Shown here one piece after another: positions 27,134 to 42,178 of a DNA stretch of 64,000 bases (within the stretch, counting starts at the first letter, position 1; every line of letters starts with the position of its first letter). The position numbers and the translations under genes were made by a program. The stretch covers positions 69,006,001 to 69,070,000 of the forward strand of contig OX597818.1 of NCBI GenBank assembly GCA_951406725.2. Direction: 5' to 3'. Under the pieces are notes generated by a model that ran no database searches, was not told the origin of the DNA, and saw only the letters and a list, made by a program, of their open reading frames with translations. The DNA comes from Octopus vulgaris. Its lineage: Eukaryota.

Positions 27134-28020
27134 TTAGTACTTTGTGCCGTAGCCTTTATTCTTAATAACGGCTGAACAATGCCTTGGCATTGAATTCGTT
27201 AAGTGATTACAACATTTTTACACTGATTTATGAGAATAATATCTGGATGTTCTGGTACCATGGCTTATTTTAGTTGACAAAACTGAGATGTAAACAACAA
27301 CCACTTCGATTAACTATTTCGAATCCTGCTTGTGACTGACACCACTTCAATAACTACTAAATAATCACACACACTATTTACTGACACACACTTTTTCCAT
27401 TTTATTTTCGCCATCAACTCCCTTTGTATCTACGATGGGGCCACAAACTATGCAATGAAAATCCAGGGTTACTCGTGGTTGGTGATTTTTTAGTAAAAAT
27501 TTAATGGGGTTTATCAATTCAAAAATCGATATCCACAAAATAATCCCATCATCTGACATTTTAATGCTAAAAACTGTCTTTGGAATCCACCCAAAATGTT
27601 GTAACTATTGGTCCAGTCGTCTGGCTATGAAGACAGAACAGACAAAGAGATGGATAGACGGATAGACAGATGGACATAACACCCATTATAATAAGATAGC
27701 AAATCTGCCCATCTAAGATGGGAAATAAAGGTATTGTAGCGCAAATCTAAACCCTCTAAACTATGCAGGCGGTGGGGGGAGAATCCAGAGTTAATCTTCT
27801 TTGCCAGAATTTTAACAAAGAAAATCAATCAAAGGTGATTTATTAATACAAAACTCAATATCCACTAAATAATCATACTTATTTTTTTCACTAAAACACT
27901 ACCTGATTACCTCCTTCGTAATCCTAAAAAAACATTGTGACCATTGGTCCAGCCATTTGACCGTGAAGAGAGAACAGACAGATAGACAGACAAACTGATA
28001 TAACACCCATTATAGTAAGA
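27134..28020 (-). mobile_element. Two tandem non-autonomous Helitron-like elements
   Basis: Duplicated ~100-bp module (27594-27696 and 27928-28020) with a (GACA/GATA) tract. On the minus strand each starts A^TCTTA.TATAATGGGTGTTAT. The second copy ends in hairpin cccatc-taa-gatggg (27708-27722) about 10 nt before CTA. The left boundary is uncertain. Confidence 0.5.
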
Positions 28021-31000
28021 TGTACATATACTTATTTGAGTGTTGACATTTAGCAATGGTTTCTCCCAATATGCTGATGCACCATTTTCTACCATTAGTA
28101 AAACTGATGGGTTTTTTTTTGACGACACGGGTATACTACTAAATATATCTTATATATTAGTAATGTAACAGATTTAAAGTACAGAAATCTTTCATTGTGT
28201 TAAATGTGCCACTTCATAATGTTGTTGACAAGATATAAGCCGAACCTTCTTCAGATGAAGACAACATCATGTTCACTCAACCATCCACTCTGTCCTCCCA
28301 CATCTCTTGTAATTGTGAAGAGGCTGAAGAGTCAGAAATACAAGAACTAGTCAACTTCTTTCTTTACCAACTTCTTGCCATTCAGACAACAGATGTTACA
28401 TGGTCTTTTAATGACTTTCTGGTTCTTCTCAAACTGTCTCTTTGTTGACATTTGACTTGACAAAAGAGAAAAGTTTCCAATATTTCAATGAACTTCAATG
28501 GCAATCGTCCATGGAATTAGGGCCTGAGTTACGGCTTGTTGTGAGAATTTAAAACGAAATAAGGAATTGATTAAGTATATGTGCTTAATAATTCTGAAGA
28601 AAACTTAAGAATGAAATTTGATACATTCAAAGACAATATCAGTTTTATCAAGAATACATTAGGTCTAAAGGTAAAACTATTGACTAACACTAGCATTAAA
28701 CCACAAATTTGGTGGGAAAATTAGGGGATTTAATCTTCTTCAGCACCAGACATATTTATATTATTGATCTGTGCAACTTAAACCTGGTCTGAATTGAACT
28801 CAAACATAAAAGAATAAAACGGAATATCAATAAGCCTTTAATTTGTCTCTCTCACACCAAATATGTCAGATTCAATATTTGTTGTACTTCTTGAAGTAGC
28901 AGGTGTTTCAAAAGTGTCAGTTTTAAAGAATTCACCAAAAATAAATTTTTTAAAATGAAATTTTAAAATGATACAAAATTATTTGAAATATTTTGTTTGA
29001 TGAAAGACTTCAGAAACATGTAAAATGGGAATATATTGAAATACTAAATGACAATGCTGGAATATATTAGAGTGAGTTATGCCAATGTTTCAAAGAGCCT
29101 GCAGACAAAATGATGAATGGTTGATAGAAAGAATGGTGAAGGAGATGTACTCAAAGAGCAATTCCACTTTGTGGGTCTCATTCTTGGAGACAACAATTTC
29201 TATCAGACTGAGTAGGTAAGTGACTTGAGACCAAGGGCATTGGACATTTCCAGTAGTATTGCTTAAAAAAAATTTATCCATCAAAGGTGAGCCAGTAATT
29301 TGACTGTTTGTCATTCACCTCTTGTTGGAGGACAAAACCTGGTTTTTGTGTCCATTTCATCAGTTGCAGAAAATATTGTTGCAGGTAGCATTTCAGACTA
29401 GATTCTTGCCATCTCAGAAAGGGAACACTTTTATATCATCTAGTCTTTCTATTCTATTATTCTCAGTTGACCAGATTTAACTATGATGTAGTGGGCACTT
29501 TTTACCTGCCACCGGCACGAGGGCTAGTCAGGTGGTACTGGCATTGGTCATGCTCGAATGGTGCTCTTTATGTGCCACCGGCATGGGTGCCAATCAAGCG
29601 GTACTGTCATTGGCTACGACAACAACTTCACTTGACTCAACAGGTCTTCGCAAGCACAGTTTATTGTCCAATGATTGAAGGGTGCTCTGTATCTAACAAT
29701 TCTTCCTTCTTTCAAATTGCTGTTGACATTACACACAGTATTGCAACTCTGAAGAATCCTGGAGATGGCATGCAATAAGAACTATCTTCCATCAAAGAAA
29801 TGAAATTATATTTTGCTTTTTATTACATTCTTTTACTTCTTTCATTCCTGTAGATGTAGTTAAAACTCAACACTCTTAGGATGGGTGTGTATCCCTAGTC
29901 TGGCTCTTTTCTTTGGAAATTTAGTTTTTGATCAGAGAAGATTATTTTTGATGAGGAAATCTAACAATAACCATTTTGCTAAGTTAAAAGTTAGAAAGTG
30001 AATCTATAGCTATCATCTTAGTCTCCCTACAAGTTCATGCCTCCATTAACGTTAGAAACGGTGTTTCAAGACTTGTTAAACAAGAGCCAACAGTTTGCTG
30101 GAATGGCTGAATCACAAGATGACTATGGTTTCCTTTGAATATTTGTTTTATGTCTTTTTTTCTGGAGAATCTTCTGCCCATTATTTAGAAATTTTATTGA
30201 ATAAGTGATGAGGGCCTTTCCTGCTTCTCCAATTGTTGAGTTTTTCCAAGCTGAACCAGACAAGAGAATCCTTCTTTTCCCATCTCATTGTATTGTAAGC
30301 TTAATTTGCTGTAGTTAAAATGATGTTCTTCAACATATATAATATTCATATTTTATGCTATGGTTGGTCATGTCTAGAATTCAGATAATTGGTAAATAGA
30401 ATTAACAATTGACACATTTAAGATGGCATTTGAATTATGGAGAATTTTAGTTTGAATGTTGAATTCTTTGAATGCTGAGCCCAAAATTGGTATTGCTGCA
30501 GAATGAGCCCAAAGCTGGCACAATAGTAGAATGAACCCCTTGGTTGTCTGTACAATGGACAATTCTGGATAAATGGGATTCAAGAGAATCATCCATTGGC
30601 TAATAATATAAATGGTGACTGGGTTTAAAAATGTCCCCATCATTTCTGGAACATTTGTGAGATCCATGATTAAATTCTTGAACTTGGTCACTGACCTCAC
30701 AGAAGTTCCTCTGCTCAGCATCTTCTGAGTGTTGCCATTGACCACTTGAGGACCCTTTTCTCTGAGACTGCATCTCTACCATGTTACTTCCCATGGCTTC
30801 TCATATTACTCTAAGCCAGAAAGATGTTGGGTGTTATGCTTGACAAAGGACAGTATTTAAACTTAGACTAAGGACAGTAACAAACTTCCAACCCATGCTA
30901 GTATGGAAAACGGATGTTAAATGATGATGAATGATGATGACGACTACTTATTTCTATGTTTGCTCTTCCACCTTATATCTAGGAATCATTTCTCTATCCA

Positions 31001-34000
31001 TCATACAGGAGCTTTTTGTTGTCTTTTTCCGCAATGTGGTGTGCCATGTAGCAGACAGATGTAAAATATAGAAGTGAATACATTTACTTGTTGAAATAGA
31101 AATAAAAAAGATGATATCAACTCTCAATGTAGACGAGGGGACAAATGTTTAACAAAGAATATAGTTTTTATAGATACTACCTAAGTGAAATTTTCCCAAT
31201 TAGAGGAATCATGCATTCCAGAAAAAATACATTTTCAAAGGAAATTGTATATTTAATGATTTCATGTTTCTCTATAAACTTCTCAGAATTTTATAGTTTT
31301 CAAAATAACTGTTGAATTTCCACAGGTATTGCTAGTAGTAGATTAACAGCAATTTAAGTTTAGTTTAATGTAACTCTAAGGAGACAGTGCAGCACATAAG
31401 TGCTGATAAAATTACCCTTTGTTTGCCTGAGTCTGGAATCTGTTATCGAAACACGAACAATTCATCACATAAACCAGATCAATTTAAATTGTTCAACTCA
31501 ATATGAACCTTGATAGCTTTGCAGATATAACACACACGGATACACTGTTATGGCAATCGAGAATTTATACCAAGCAATTGATGGTTCTTGATAATTATAT
31601 CACCGACTGTTCCAAAAGCAAAACTAGAACAATTTAGATAATGTACATCTGAAGAAATCTCGAAATTGACAGGAAAATTACTGAGAGGGTGAAGGGAAAT
31701 GTTGACATAACATGGCAATATCGTAACAATAATTGTCATTCGACAACATTATCGTCATCCTCTTCCGATTTCCAAATTCTCATTGTCGACCCAGTCTCGT
31801 GATTTTCCTCTTTCTATTTCTCTACCTACTTTCCACCCCTTCCCCACTTACCATTCTTAAACCCAGCCAACTATTCTCAACAGTTTTACTTCTCTTCTTC
31901 GACTCTTTTTCCAACCCATACATCTTCCAGCCTCGTTCCTCTCTTCACTAAATCACTATAATTTTATCAATACACTTTTCATTATGCATCTCTCCTTTTA
32001 ATGAGGCATGTCTATGAGTAAAAGAATCTAATAATTAATATTCATAGATTTTAAAAGAATTAGCCACTGGATATTAATTTCATAATTTCAATTACGATTT
32101 TCTTTTTTATTTTATGTAACTAACATACCATTTCTTGTTTTGATGTTTAGAAATCTATAGATTTATACAATAGCTTTGTTTACGGACTGAACTTGCAATT
32201 CCTTTTATGAAACCAGTTAACAATGACTTTCCTTCTAAAAGACTCACTATTCCAAGATTGCTTTCTGCCTGTAAACATAAACACTCTCCATAGAGCAATC
32301 TACATTTCCTCGCTTCGCTTTCCCTTTTCTTCTTTCCCCACAGTTTCCAAATCTATTTGTTTCTGTTAAGTTGCCAGTTTTGCTAGTTTTACTATTGTGT
32401 TTGTTGTTCCAACCATTTTATAATTTTAAAAGTGATCAGGTAAATAAAATTAAAAAGATACTGCCGACAGTTTCTCGCTATTGTTATTGGAAGCATGATG
32501 ATCCGTTATGTAAATATAGTTGATATGGAAATACAAACCAGCTGAAATGGTTTCAATCCCTGCCAGCAACGCTGTCAGGAATTTCAAAGAAATTAGGTTG
32601 AAGATTTATGAGTGCAGAAGACTTTACAGCAGAACAACTATGTTCAACAGGATCAGGGATCAATAAAGAAAGATTTTAATACCGATTTCTAACATGGACA
32701 TAAGTCTTCCGATTTAGGGAATGGGTATATTTAATTAGCTCAACCCAAGTATGTGACTGGTACTTATTTTATCAACCAGTAAAGGATATGTTATCTTTTA
32801 GTCAGGGAAGAAGCTGGTGTCCGTGGTTGTTTACAGGGATTTCAAGACTTGGGGAAGAAATCCAGATTGAATGGCTGCAGCAGGACAGACTCTGTGAAAT
32901 GCACTCAAGGTGCCAGGTGGGGATGTTAAACCAGGCCAATGGATTCATTCTACTAGCCAAGTTGGCACGGACAAAATTCAATCTCAGAATGCAAAGAGCA
33001 AGACCAAGTCCCACAAAACATTCAGTTCAATGTTCTTCTAGTTTTCCCCATGCACCCCCACCTCACCTCCAAGATGGTATTTCCTTATTTAACTCTAAGA
33101 AGAATAAAAGGCAAAGTTGAACTGCATGGTATATGAACTCACAATGAGGAGATTCAGCACAAATAACATGAAGTAGTCTATGTAACTCTCTTACGACTCC
33201 CCCAGTTCAGCTAAAAACGATGAAAGACAAATTTCATAATCCCATAACACCATGAGGTATTTCTTTGTCATAATATCCCACCATAAATGAAAATGGGGAA
33301 AAAATTGTATCTATTAGAACAGTTGCATCAATAGGTGCAGCAGCTTTTGCAATAGTCTCACCAATACCTTTGTCTGGTGATGCAGCAGTTATTGCTAACC
33401 ATTTTATAGCAACTCCCTTCCTTGCAACTGTTGCTAATATTCATAGACATTACCCCTATCGATGCAGCAATTACTGATGTTGCTATTGTAATTTCCATTG
33501 TTATATATGTTGCTATTGTTGCTGCTATCGATGCAGCTACTGCAAGCAATGCCACTGTGACTGTCATCAATGTAGCTGTTGCTAAATCTTGTAAACACTG
33601 CATCTATAAATGTAATTATTGCTAACGATGCTATTGTAACTTCCATTGTTGCTATTGTTATTGCATTTACTGCATCTGTTGATGCAGCGTTTCATGGGAA
33701 GGCTTAGGAAATATGAATGGTGAACCAATTCCTTTTCTAATATAATCAAGAGAGAACCAATGGTGCTCTTGCCATTTGCAGAGCCTTCAAGATTGGTGAG
33801 ATTTTGGCATTTAATTTCAGCATCTGCATATCAGTGTCTGCAGGAAAGAGAATTTACAGAGTTCAAGATAAGGAGAGGAATCTTGGCTGAAGTGTTTAGC
33901 AGAAGATCTTGGAGCAGCAACTCAGTAATTGGGATGGGGAGAAATGAGATGATTAAGACAGGTGTACCTGGTGATGTCAATAATGCAAATAACTAGTTCA

Positions 34001-35261
34001 GAGGAGCAGAAGTAGAGTTAGGAGGGATATATGTATATTTGACAGGCTTCTTACAGTTTCCATCTATCAAATCCACTCACATGGTTTTGGTCGGCCTGAG
34101 GCTCCAGTAGGAGACATTTGTCCAATGCACCGTGCAGTGGGACTGAACCTGGAACTACGTGGCTGGGAAGCAACTTCTTACCACACAGCCATGCCTGCAC
34201 TGCACCTTTCTTGAGAGAATTATAAAAAAATCAATGAGATGGTCATGGCTTGAATTCTTTTGATTATAGTTCTGCTCTATCAGGGCTGATCTGGGATTAA
34301 ACTTGAACACTGTGTATTCTCTGATACAATTACTTTCGTATTATAACTTAAAAGACAGGCTACTTTTGTTTGTGATTCTGGACAGTTATTCGACAATCAA
34401 AAGAAAGCAAGACAAGCAAATATTGACTGGAAACGTCAGTTGATTGCCAAAGAAATCGATCAATTTTCCCTCCAGTGATTCACTCAGAGCTGTGCTGCAC
34501 AAAAGTAATTGCTCCAGAGGGAGATGACTGCTCTTGTTTTTGTTGTTGTTATTTAGCCCCAGGTCAGCCACAATTGGACAATCTATGATCAAAAAAGGTT
34601 CATGTCATCATCTCTCTTTTCTAGAAGAGTATATTTCAGGCAACATTATTCGAAGACAAAAACGGTGAATTCCGCCAGTTACAATACTAAAGAGTAAGAG
34701 ACCCTTCACCATTCACTAGAGATGGTCCCTATTTCTAAATTACCCAGAAATTTCTGATTTCTCTCTCAGAGAATTTTCCCTAACATTGGAACATCTATCA
34801 TTCCTTAACCAAAACTGCACTTATTCAACAAACCTTCCTCAAGCTCCCATAATTTATGCCCCTCTCCCACTTTGCACAGCACTCGTTCCCCATTCGTGAA
34901 AACAAGACAAGAAAAGAACCTTTGCATGCTAGAAGCAGCAACTATATTTCTCTTAAACCACACCTTACTCTCTTAAAAAAGGAAGGACACATTATTGTAT
35001 AATGCAATCCTATAAAACCATTGCCCTGCATGTGGCTGGGATGTTTTTGAATATAAATCTGTTTTGAAGCAGATCAGTTTTGAAGGATCCTTGCTGGTTG
35101 GTCACTGAGATGAAGTAAAGAAATAAGAACGCTTGCAAGAACTCAAACCAAACAAGTTGTCCGTTATAAGCACAAGTGTGGCTGTGTGGTAAGAAGGCTG
35201 CTTCCTGACCATATGATGTATATGCGTGTGTGAGTTTGTTAGTCTGTCTGTGTGTATGTAT

Positions 35262-35812
35262 GTGGCAAGGTGGTGAAGCAGGATCTTCGAAAGTTGGGCC
35301 TCACGGACGTGATGACAAGTGACCATGAGCTCTGATGATATGCTGTGCATGAGAAGACGGGTCAGATGAAGTGAAGTCGTAGTTGTGGTCATACCAGCAT
35401 CATCTAAATGGCATCCAGGCATCATAGTCAGGATCATTGCCAGCACCATATAATGGCACTCGTGAACCATAGTCGTGGTTGTTCATTGCCGGTGCCACGT
35501 AAATGGCACCCACTCTTGAATTGTACTCATGGTTGTTGTCAGTGCCATATAAATGGCACCCGCTCCTGGATAGTTGTTGTGGTCATTGCGGGTGTAATGT
35601 AAATGGCACCCATGCCGGTGGCACGCAAAGGCCCTCATTTCATTTCTGGAGTGGCTCATATAAGGAAGGGCATCCAGCTGTAGAGACATGCCAAATCAGA
35701 CTGAAACCTGGTGCGGGTCTCTGGCTCATCAGCTCCAGTCAAACTGTCAAACCCATGCCAGCGTGGAGGGCATACATTAAATGATGAGGATGAGGATGAT
35801 GATGCGGATGAT
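35262..35812 (+). mobile_element. RTE-clade LINE 3' end: ORF terminus + 3' UTR + (GAT)n tail
   Basis: KVVKQDLRKLGLTDVMTSDHEL**YAVHEKT, followed by the abundant ~65-bp-unit module and the tail ttaaatgatgaggatg. Confidence 0.75.
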
Positions 35813-35905
35813 GTGTGCATATATGTGTGTGTAACTTTTATCTCTTACTTGTTTCAGTCATTAGATCTTGAAGAAATTTTAGTCAAATGAATTGATCCCA
35901 GGACT

Positions 35906-35937
<32 letters not shown>

Positions 35938-37462
35938 TTTATATAGCTAAGTGCTTATTCTATCAATCACTTTTCAGACAAACTGACGTCAGTTGTCAAG
36001 TGGTGGAGGGGGGTGACAAACACTAATGCAAAGACACACATACACCCTCACACACACGCATGCACACACACACATTTGTATGTATATATATATATGTGTG
36101 TGTGTACATATACATATACATATACATACGGTAGGCTTCTTTCCATTTCCATAGTGTATCTAGGACTACATTAGTGAATCTGTTACTATCTCCCGTTTTC
36201 TCAAGATGGTAAGATATCTTTTGTATGATGGAAATTTGGCTGCTATTTCTAACAAGTCCTATGATTACATGGGAGGCTATTTTATTGTCTTGAAGTTCTG
36301 TTTTATTTTTTAGTGTTGGTCGTCATTTAAACCAGTAAGAATTGGTTGTTGCATTGTATGTCACTGGCCATTATTGTGAAGCTGGTGTTTATTCAGACAA
36401 AGATATTGACTTAGCAACAATACAAGCTTTTGTTGGAAGAAGGACCGATAACAGATCTCTACACCAAACACTTCTTTCAATGGCTTCATTCATGAAAATG
36501 CTCAACGATATTGTCCTTAATATTTGTGTTGAATAAATTGCAATAACATTTCGAGGAGTTCGGCTGTACTTGGTGAACATTGACTCAGTTCAACAGACTG
36601 TGACAACAATCCATGTCAAATAGTTCAACATGTTTTGTTCACACTTGGCTGACCTCACCAACCAGCCGAGGTCACATGTCATTAAATGAGCCTTTGTGCA
36701 GTCACTTCACCTTAACTGCTAGAAATAGCAGTGAAATGCTTTTATATTATCCCTGCTATCTGGAAAAAAAAAACAACACATTTCATTTTAGAGTCTAGAC
36801 ACATTGTGCTTTAAAATTATGGTGGTCACGATTGGATTGGATTCTACTTAATCAGAACTGATCTGAAAGTAATCAACAGCAATCACAATCACTGTCACCA
36901 CCACCACCGCCACCACCGCCACCACCAATAACAACAACACCATAACCAACAGAAAACATTTTTTTTAGTTAGAAACACTCAGAATTGGTCACCAGCCTCT
37001 GAGACCCATTTCAACAGCACAGATCCATACTAAGAATGGGAGATTGGCAGAATTGGGAAAATGCTGGACAAGGTAAGCTGTGCTGTTTTGTGGTGTACCT
37101 TTACAAACTGAGTTCAAATCTTACCAGTATTCATATTTACCTGTCATCCTTCAACAGGTGCTAAAATAAATCCAGATACCAGATATGAGTTAAATGACTC
37201 CACCTAAATTTGGGGTTTTGTATTCAAGTGAGGAATCACTATTTGCTTTTGCAGTGACCGCAGACATCAAGAATATCTTATATGGTGCCTGGAACTGTCT
37301 CATCATCATCGAGTTTTCCCAGTTTATCAAACAGTTTCTAGAATTTGGTAATGGTAAATGTAATCAGACACATGTTAATAAGCAACATCAGTCTATATTT
37401 GCCTTAAATAATATAACTGACTGCAATGCCCCAATAATGGCATGAGCAGAAGAGACCAGTTT

Positions 37463-38460
37463 CATCATTATCATCGTTTAACGTCCGCTTTCCATGCTAG
37501 CATGGGTTGGACAATTTGACTGAGGGCTGGCAAACCAGATGGCTGCACCAGGCTCCAGTCTTGATCTGGCAGACTTTCTACAGCTGGATGCCCTTCCTAA
37601 TATCAACCACTCTGAGAGTGTAGTGGGTGCTTTTAAATGTCACTGGCACAGGAGTCAGTAAGGCAACGGTGGTAACGATCATGCTCGAATGGTGCCCTTT
37701 TACGTGCCACCGGCACAAGGGCCAGTCATGCAGTACTGACAATGACCTCGCTCAAATCTTTTGCACATGCCACCCAGCACAGGTGCCAGTAAGGCAACGG
37801 TGGTAACGATCATGCTCGAATGGTGCCCTTTTACGTGCCACCGGCACAAGGGCCAGTCAGGCGGTACTGACAATGACCTCGCTCAAATCTTTTGCACATG
37901 CCACCCGGCACAGGTGCCAGTAAGGCAACGGTGGTAACGATCATGCTCGAATGGTGCCCTTTTACGTGCCACCGGCACAAGGGCCAGTCAGGCGGTACTG
38001 ACAATGACCTCGCTCAAATCTTTTGCACATGCCACCCGGCACAGGTGCCAGTAAGGCAACGGTGGTAACGATCATGCTCGAATGGTGCCCTTTACGTGCC
38101 ACCGGCACAAGGGCCAGTCAGGCGGTACTGACAATGACCTCGCTCAAATCTTTTGCACATGCCACCCGGCACAGGTGCCAGTAAGGCAACGGTGGTAACG
38201 ATCATGCTCGAATGGTGCCCTTTTACGTGCCACCGGCACAAGGGCCAGTCAGGCGGTACTGACAATGACCTCGCTCAAATCTTTTGCACATGCCACCCGG
38301 CACAGGTGCCAGTAAGGCAACGGTGGTAACGATCACGCTCGAATGGTGCCCTTTTACGTGCCACCGGCATGGAAGCCAGTTGGCTGCTCTGGCAACAATC
38401 ATGCTTGTATGGTACTCTTGGCACCCTACTAGCACGAGCACAAGTGCCAGTAAGGTGGCA
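37463..38460 (-). mobile_element. RTE-3'UTR family copy containing an expanded minisatellite
   Basis: tcatcattatcatcgtttaacgtccgctttccatgctagcatggg terminus followed by the family body. Confidence 0.8.
37645..38370. repeat. 131-bp tandem repeat, ~5.5 near-identical copies (dimer of two ~65-bp subunits)
   Basis: aaggcaacggtggtaacg recurs at 37660, 37791, 37922, 38053, 38183 and 38314. Confidence 0.95.
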
Positions 38461-39347
38461 AAAGAAAAATGGGAACATACATGAAGATGTCTGTATGGTT
38501 ATAAATCTCTGTTAATAGGTCTGTCTCTATGTTGGTTCAAAGAGGGAATGTGGTGGGGATGAGAGGTGATTTGAAGCCTGTTTGCCAGGCAGTCACATGG
38601 TCAGCTAGACTCGGTGGTCAGTTTTGATGTAAAACTTGAAACCTGCCAATATTTCTCAGATCACTGTCTGTCAGATGCTCCACCAATTGCATAAAATTGC
38701 AAGTTTAAATATAATAAATACTTTTGTGCATGTAAATGCAAGTAATTTTTGAAATCAGCCAATAACCTTAAAGAGAGGGAGCTAGTCAATGCCTTGGCCA
38801 CAGTACATGACTGGTACGATAAGTTATTGACCTGGAAAGAAAGGAAGGCAAAGGTAACCTCGATGGAATTTGAACCCAGAACATAAAGTGTTGAAAGAAA
38901 TACTACAACCCTTTGTAGTATTTCTTGTTTCTGACACTTAAGCATTTCTACAAGATGGCCACTTTCATACTGAGCATGTCATAAAAAGATAAATTTACAG
39001 TGTCTCCAACCCTAGGGGTGGTGGAAAGGAGAAAGAAACCACAACTCAGGGGGTTTCCTAAGTCTTGAGATCTGACCTGAATACTTTTAACAGAGAATGA
39101 GTTTTGTTGAATGCACTCAAAATTGTTGTTGTTGTTTTTGGTGGTGGTGGTGGTGGTGGTGGTGGTGGTGGTGGTGGTGGTGGTGGTGGTGGTGGTGGTG
39201 GCATTGAACTAATAAAAGACTAACCTTACCACACACAAAGCAAGCAATCCATTATTCATTGGTCCATTGGCTCCATGTGCCCCCTAGGGGCACATGTGTA
39301 AACATGTAACAGATTTTTCTAATTGAGTGAGGACGGGAAAGAATTTA

Positions 39348-39753
39348 ACTCTCTTTTACTCTCTTTTACTCTTTTACTTGTTTCAATCATTTGACTGTGA
39401 TCCATACTGGAGCACCACCTTTAGTCGAACAAATCGACCACAGGAGTTATTCTTTGTAAGCCTAGTACTTATTCTATCAGTCTCTTCTGCTGATCTGCTA
39501 AGTTACAGGGATGTAAATACACCCCCATTGGTAGTCAAGTGATGTTGGGGAGACAAACACAGACACACAAACATACACACACACATATATATATATATAT
39601 AAATATATACGACGGGCTTCTACCAAATCCACTCACAAGGCTTTGGTCAGCCTGAGGCTATAGTAGAAGACACTTGCCCAAGGTGCCATGCAGTGGGATT
39701 GAACCTGGAACCATGTGGTTGGTAACCAAGCTACTTACCACACAGCCACTCCT
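39348..39753 (-). mobile_element. SINE family A, near full length
   Basis: (actctttt)n tail and cttaccacacagccactcct head, in reverse. Confidence 0.85.
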
Positions 39754-40871
39754 ACTCCCCATTGATCTCCTTGATTGACTTCAGTAAACAATGAATGAGA
39801 AGTTGTTGATTGCTAATAATAACAAGACTGAAGGACAGATAAACAGAGACAGTCGGTCACTGATGTTTGCAGACAAAGAAAGAGAAGTTATTGACCAACA
39901 AGAGAGAACTGAGTGCAGCCAAGCATCACAACAGGCTATCCCTTAGAATTGCTAAATATGATGAGGACTCTAATTCTTACAAGCACAGTACAAAGCTATG
40001 GCTGCTGATGCTCAGGTTCATTGACTCAGTCCCAATTTGTCCCTTCTCTGTCTATCTGTCTGTCTCTCTCTATCTACCTATCTATCTATCTACCTATCTC
40101 ATCTTCACACAATCACTTCAGCTGTCTTACTAACCCACTGAAATGAGGAGATCTTTCTGACATTACTCTGTTGCTTTCTTTTCTTGGGACCATCGTGTGC
40201 CATCAACCTTGTGACACTAAAACAGATGAGAAACTGAAAATGAATGACTACCCTTCACATTACTGCAACATTAATCCTCAAGTGGACTCTTCCGGCCAAT
40301 TTTCCCATCATCCCATTTTCTTCACCAAATAAATAGAAAGTGTCTTCATCCTCACTTTTATGTTATTGTTAAACTGATGACTTCAGATTTGACCAGGACT
40401 TCATTTAACAACCAAAGAAGGAGAAATTAAAAGTCAATTTTGATGGTATTTGAACACCGAATGTAAAAGAATGAAATGGAATATTTCTTGGCACGGTGTC
40501 TGATGCTCTACATTCTATCCACGCCACAAGATTATAGCTTACAAATAAAATCATTTAAAAAAGTCATTGTGCATGTAACAAAAGGATAAATGTTTTATTT
40601 CAGATTAAGATTTTTCATCAAATGACAGAAATTATGTATTTCAATGCTTATCTCTTCACACACGCATCTGCATCAAGATCTTCAGACTTTTTATGCTTAC
40701 AGCCTGTCTTTTGTGTCTTGGATTTAATGTATCTGTAAAGTCTTATCTCATTCACAAATTTATATATGAAATATAGACGTGTGCATGCATGCGTGAATGT
40801 ATTTATATAAGTATAAATGGAAAGTAGTTCATCTCTAAGACTTGTCGAGTTGAATACATGATTAATTATTG

Positions 40872-40934
<63 letters not shown>

Positions 40935-42178
40935 TTGTAATATTTTCCATATGGTCTTTCAATTTTATTGGTGGTTGACATTTTTATTGAATCCAGTGGA
41001 GGTATGCATGATGACACGGGGTGAGCACTTCCAATGAATTAAGGGACAAATATATGTTGAAGGCTTGTTACTTTGGAAGGGGATGTACTATTTCACTACA
41101 ACACAGGGTAACCAAAGTCCACGCGTTATCATTAAAGTTGTATGCATTGCTCCCACAGTTTTAATACCTCAGGTGTCATTGGTTTGTTATTAAAACACCT
41201 TTAGAATTAGAATATGCAATCATGTGGCTTTGTCTGAAACACTTTGTTACCATATTTTTGTTAAATGTACTAGCGTTGTTTCGATTAATTTTGAAAATAA
41301 TGAAGAATTTTGAGAAATAATTTTGTCCTAATTAAGCGAATGTTTTGAACGTTAACGAACATGAAATTTTGATGGCAGGTTTTAATTTGGATCTCTTTAA
41401 AACATGAAGTTTGCTTTGTGTAACATGTGGTTTCCTGTGTGTTGGTCAAGTATGTTTGACACGACATTCTAGTTGACCAAAAGATGTCAAAAGATCACAT
41501 GTGATAATGGTGGTGGTGGTGGTGGAGTAGGATTTTCATTTCTAAGACAATTCGTGTCACCATTTGGCCGAACTCTGCCTACGCAATAATAACTTAGCTG
41601 TAATAAAACTTCAACTGCAGTATTTTGTTAGTTATGACAACAGATTTTGTTATTGTTAACATATTTTCTCTCAAGACAAAGATATTTCAAATAATTGTAT
41701 GTTTATAAATATACTAGGGCATCAGATGTTGCTACACATCGCTAGTCACAATGCACTTCACATTGTTTTAGCCTCCAATGATGCTACCCCACTGGCTAAG
41801 CAAGCAGGCCAGTTTATAAATATATGAATGAAATAAGTTTTTAAATCATTATATGATACATTTATCATAATTTATAATATTGAATATCTGAGCAGACCAT
41901 GGCCAGGTATTTCATAATTAGTGCACCATATACACAGGGGCAGATAGGGTTGTGTACTTAAGAGAGTCTCTTCACAACCGTGGGATTTCAGGATCAACCA
42001 CACAACATACGAATTTTGGCCAAGTACTTTCTACAACAGCCTTGAAGAAAATTAAGTAGGCAGAAGCTGAAACAAATCCTGTTGTATATATGCATATACA
42101 CACACACATACACACATACATGTGCGCATACACACACACACATATACATACATACACACACATACCTGTATATATACA

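Noticed and set aside
30374-30794. 123-aa and 64-aa minus-strand ORFs in non-repetitive sequence
   Set aside because: No convincing motif or splice context; cannot be assigned.
31649-31670. CTGAAGA-aatctc-GAAA
   Set aside because: No stem II or stem I pairing; chance match.
37645-38370. Regular repeat array as possible CRISPR
   Set aside because: Units are contiguous identical repeats with no unique spacers, the context is eukaryotic, and there are no cas genes.
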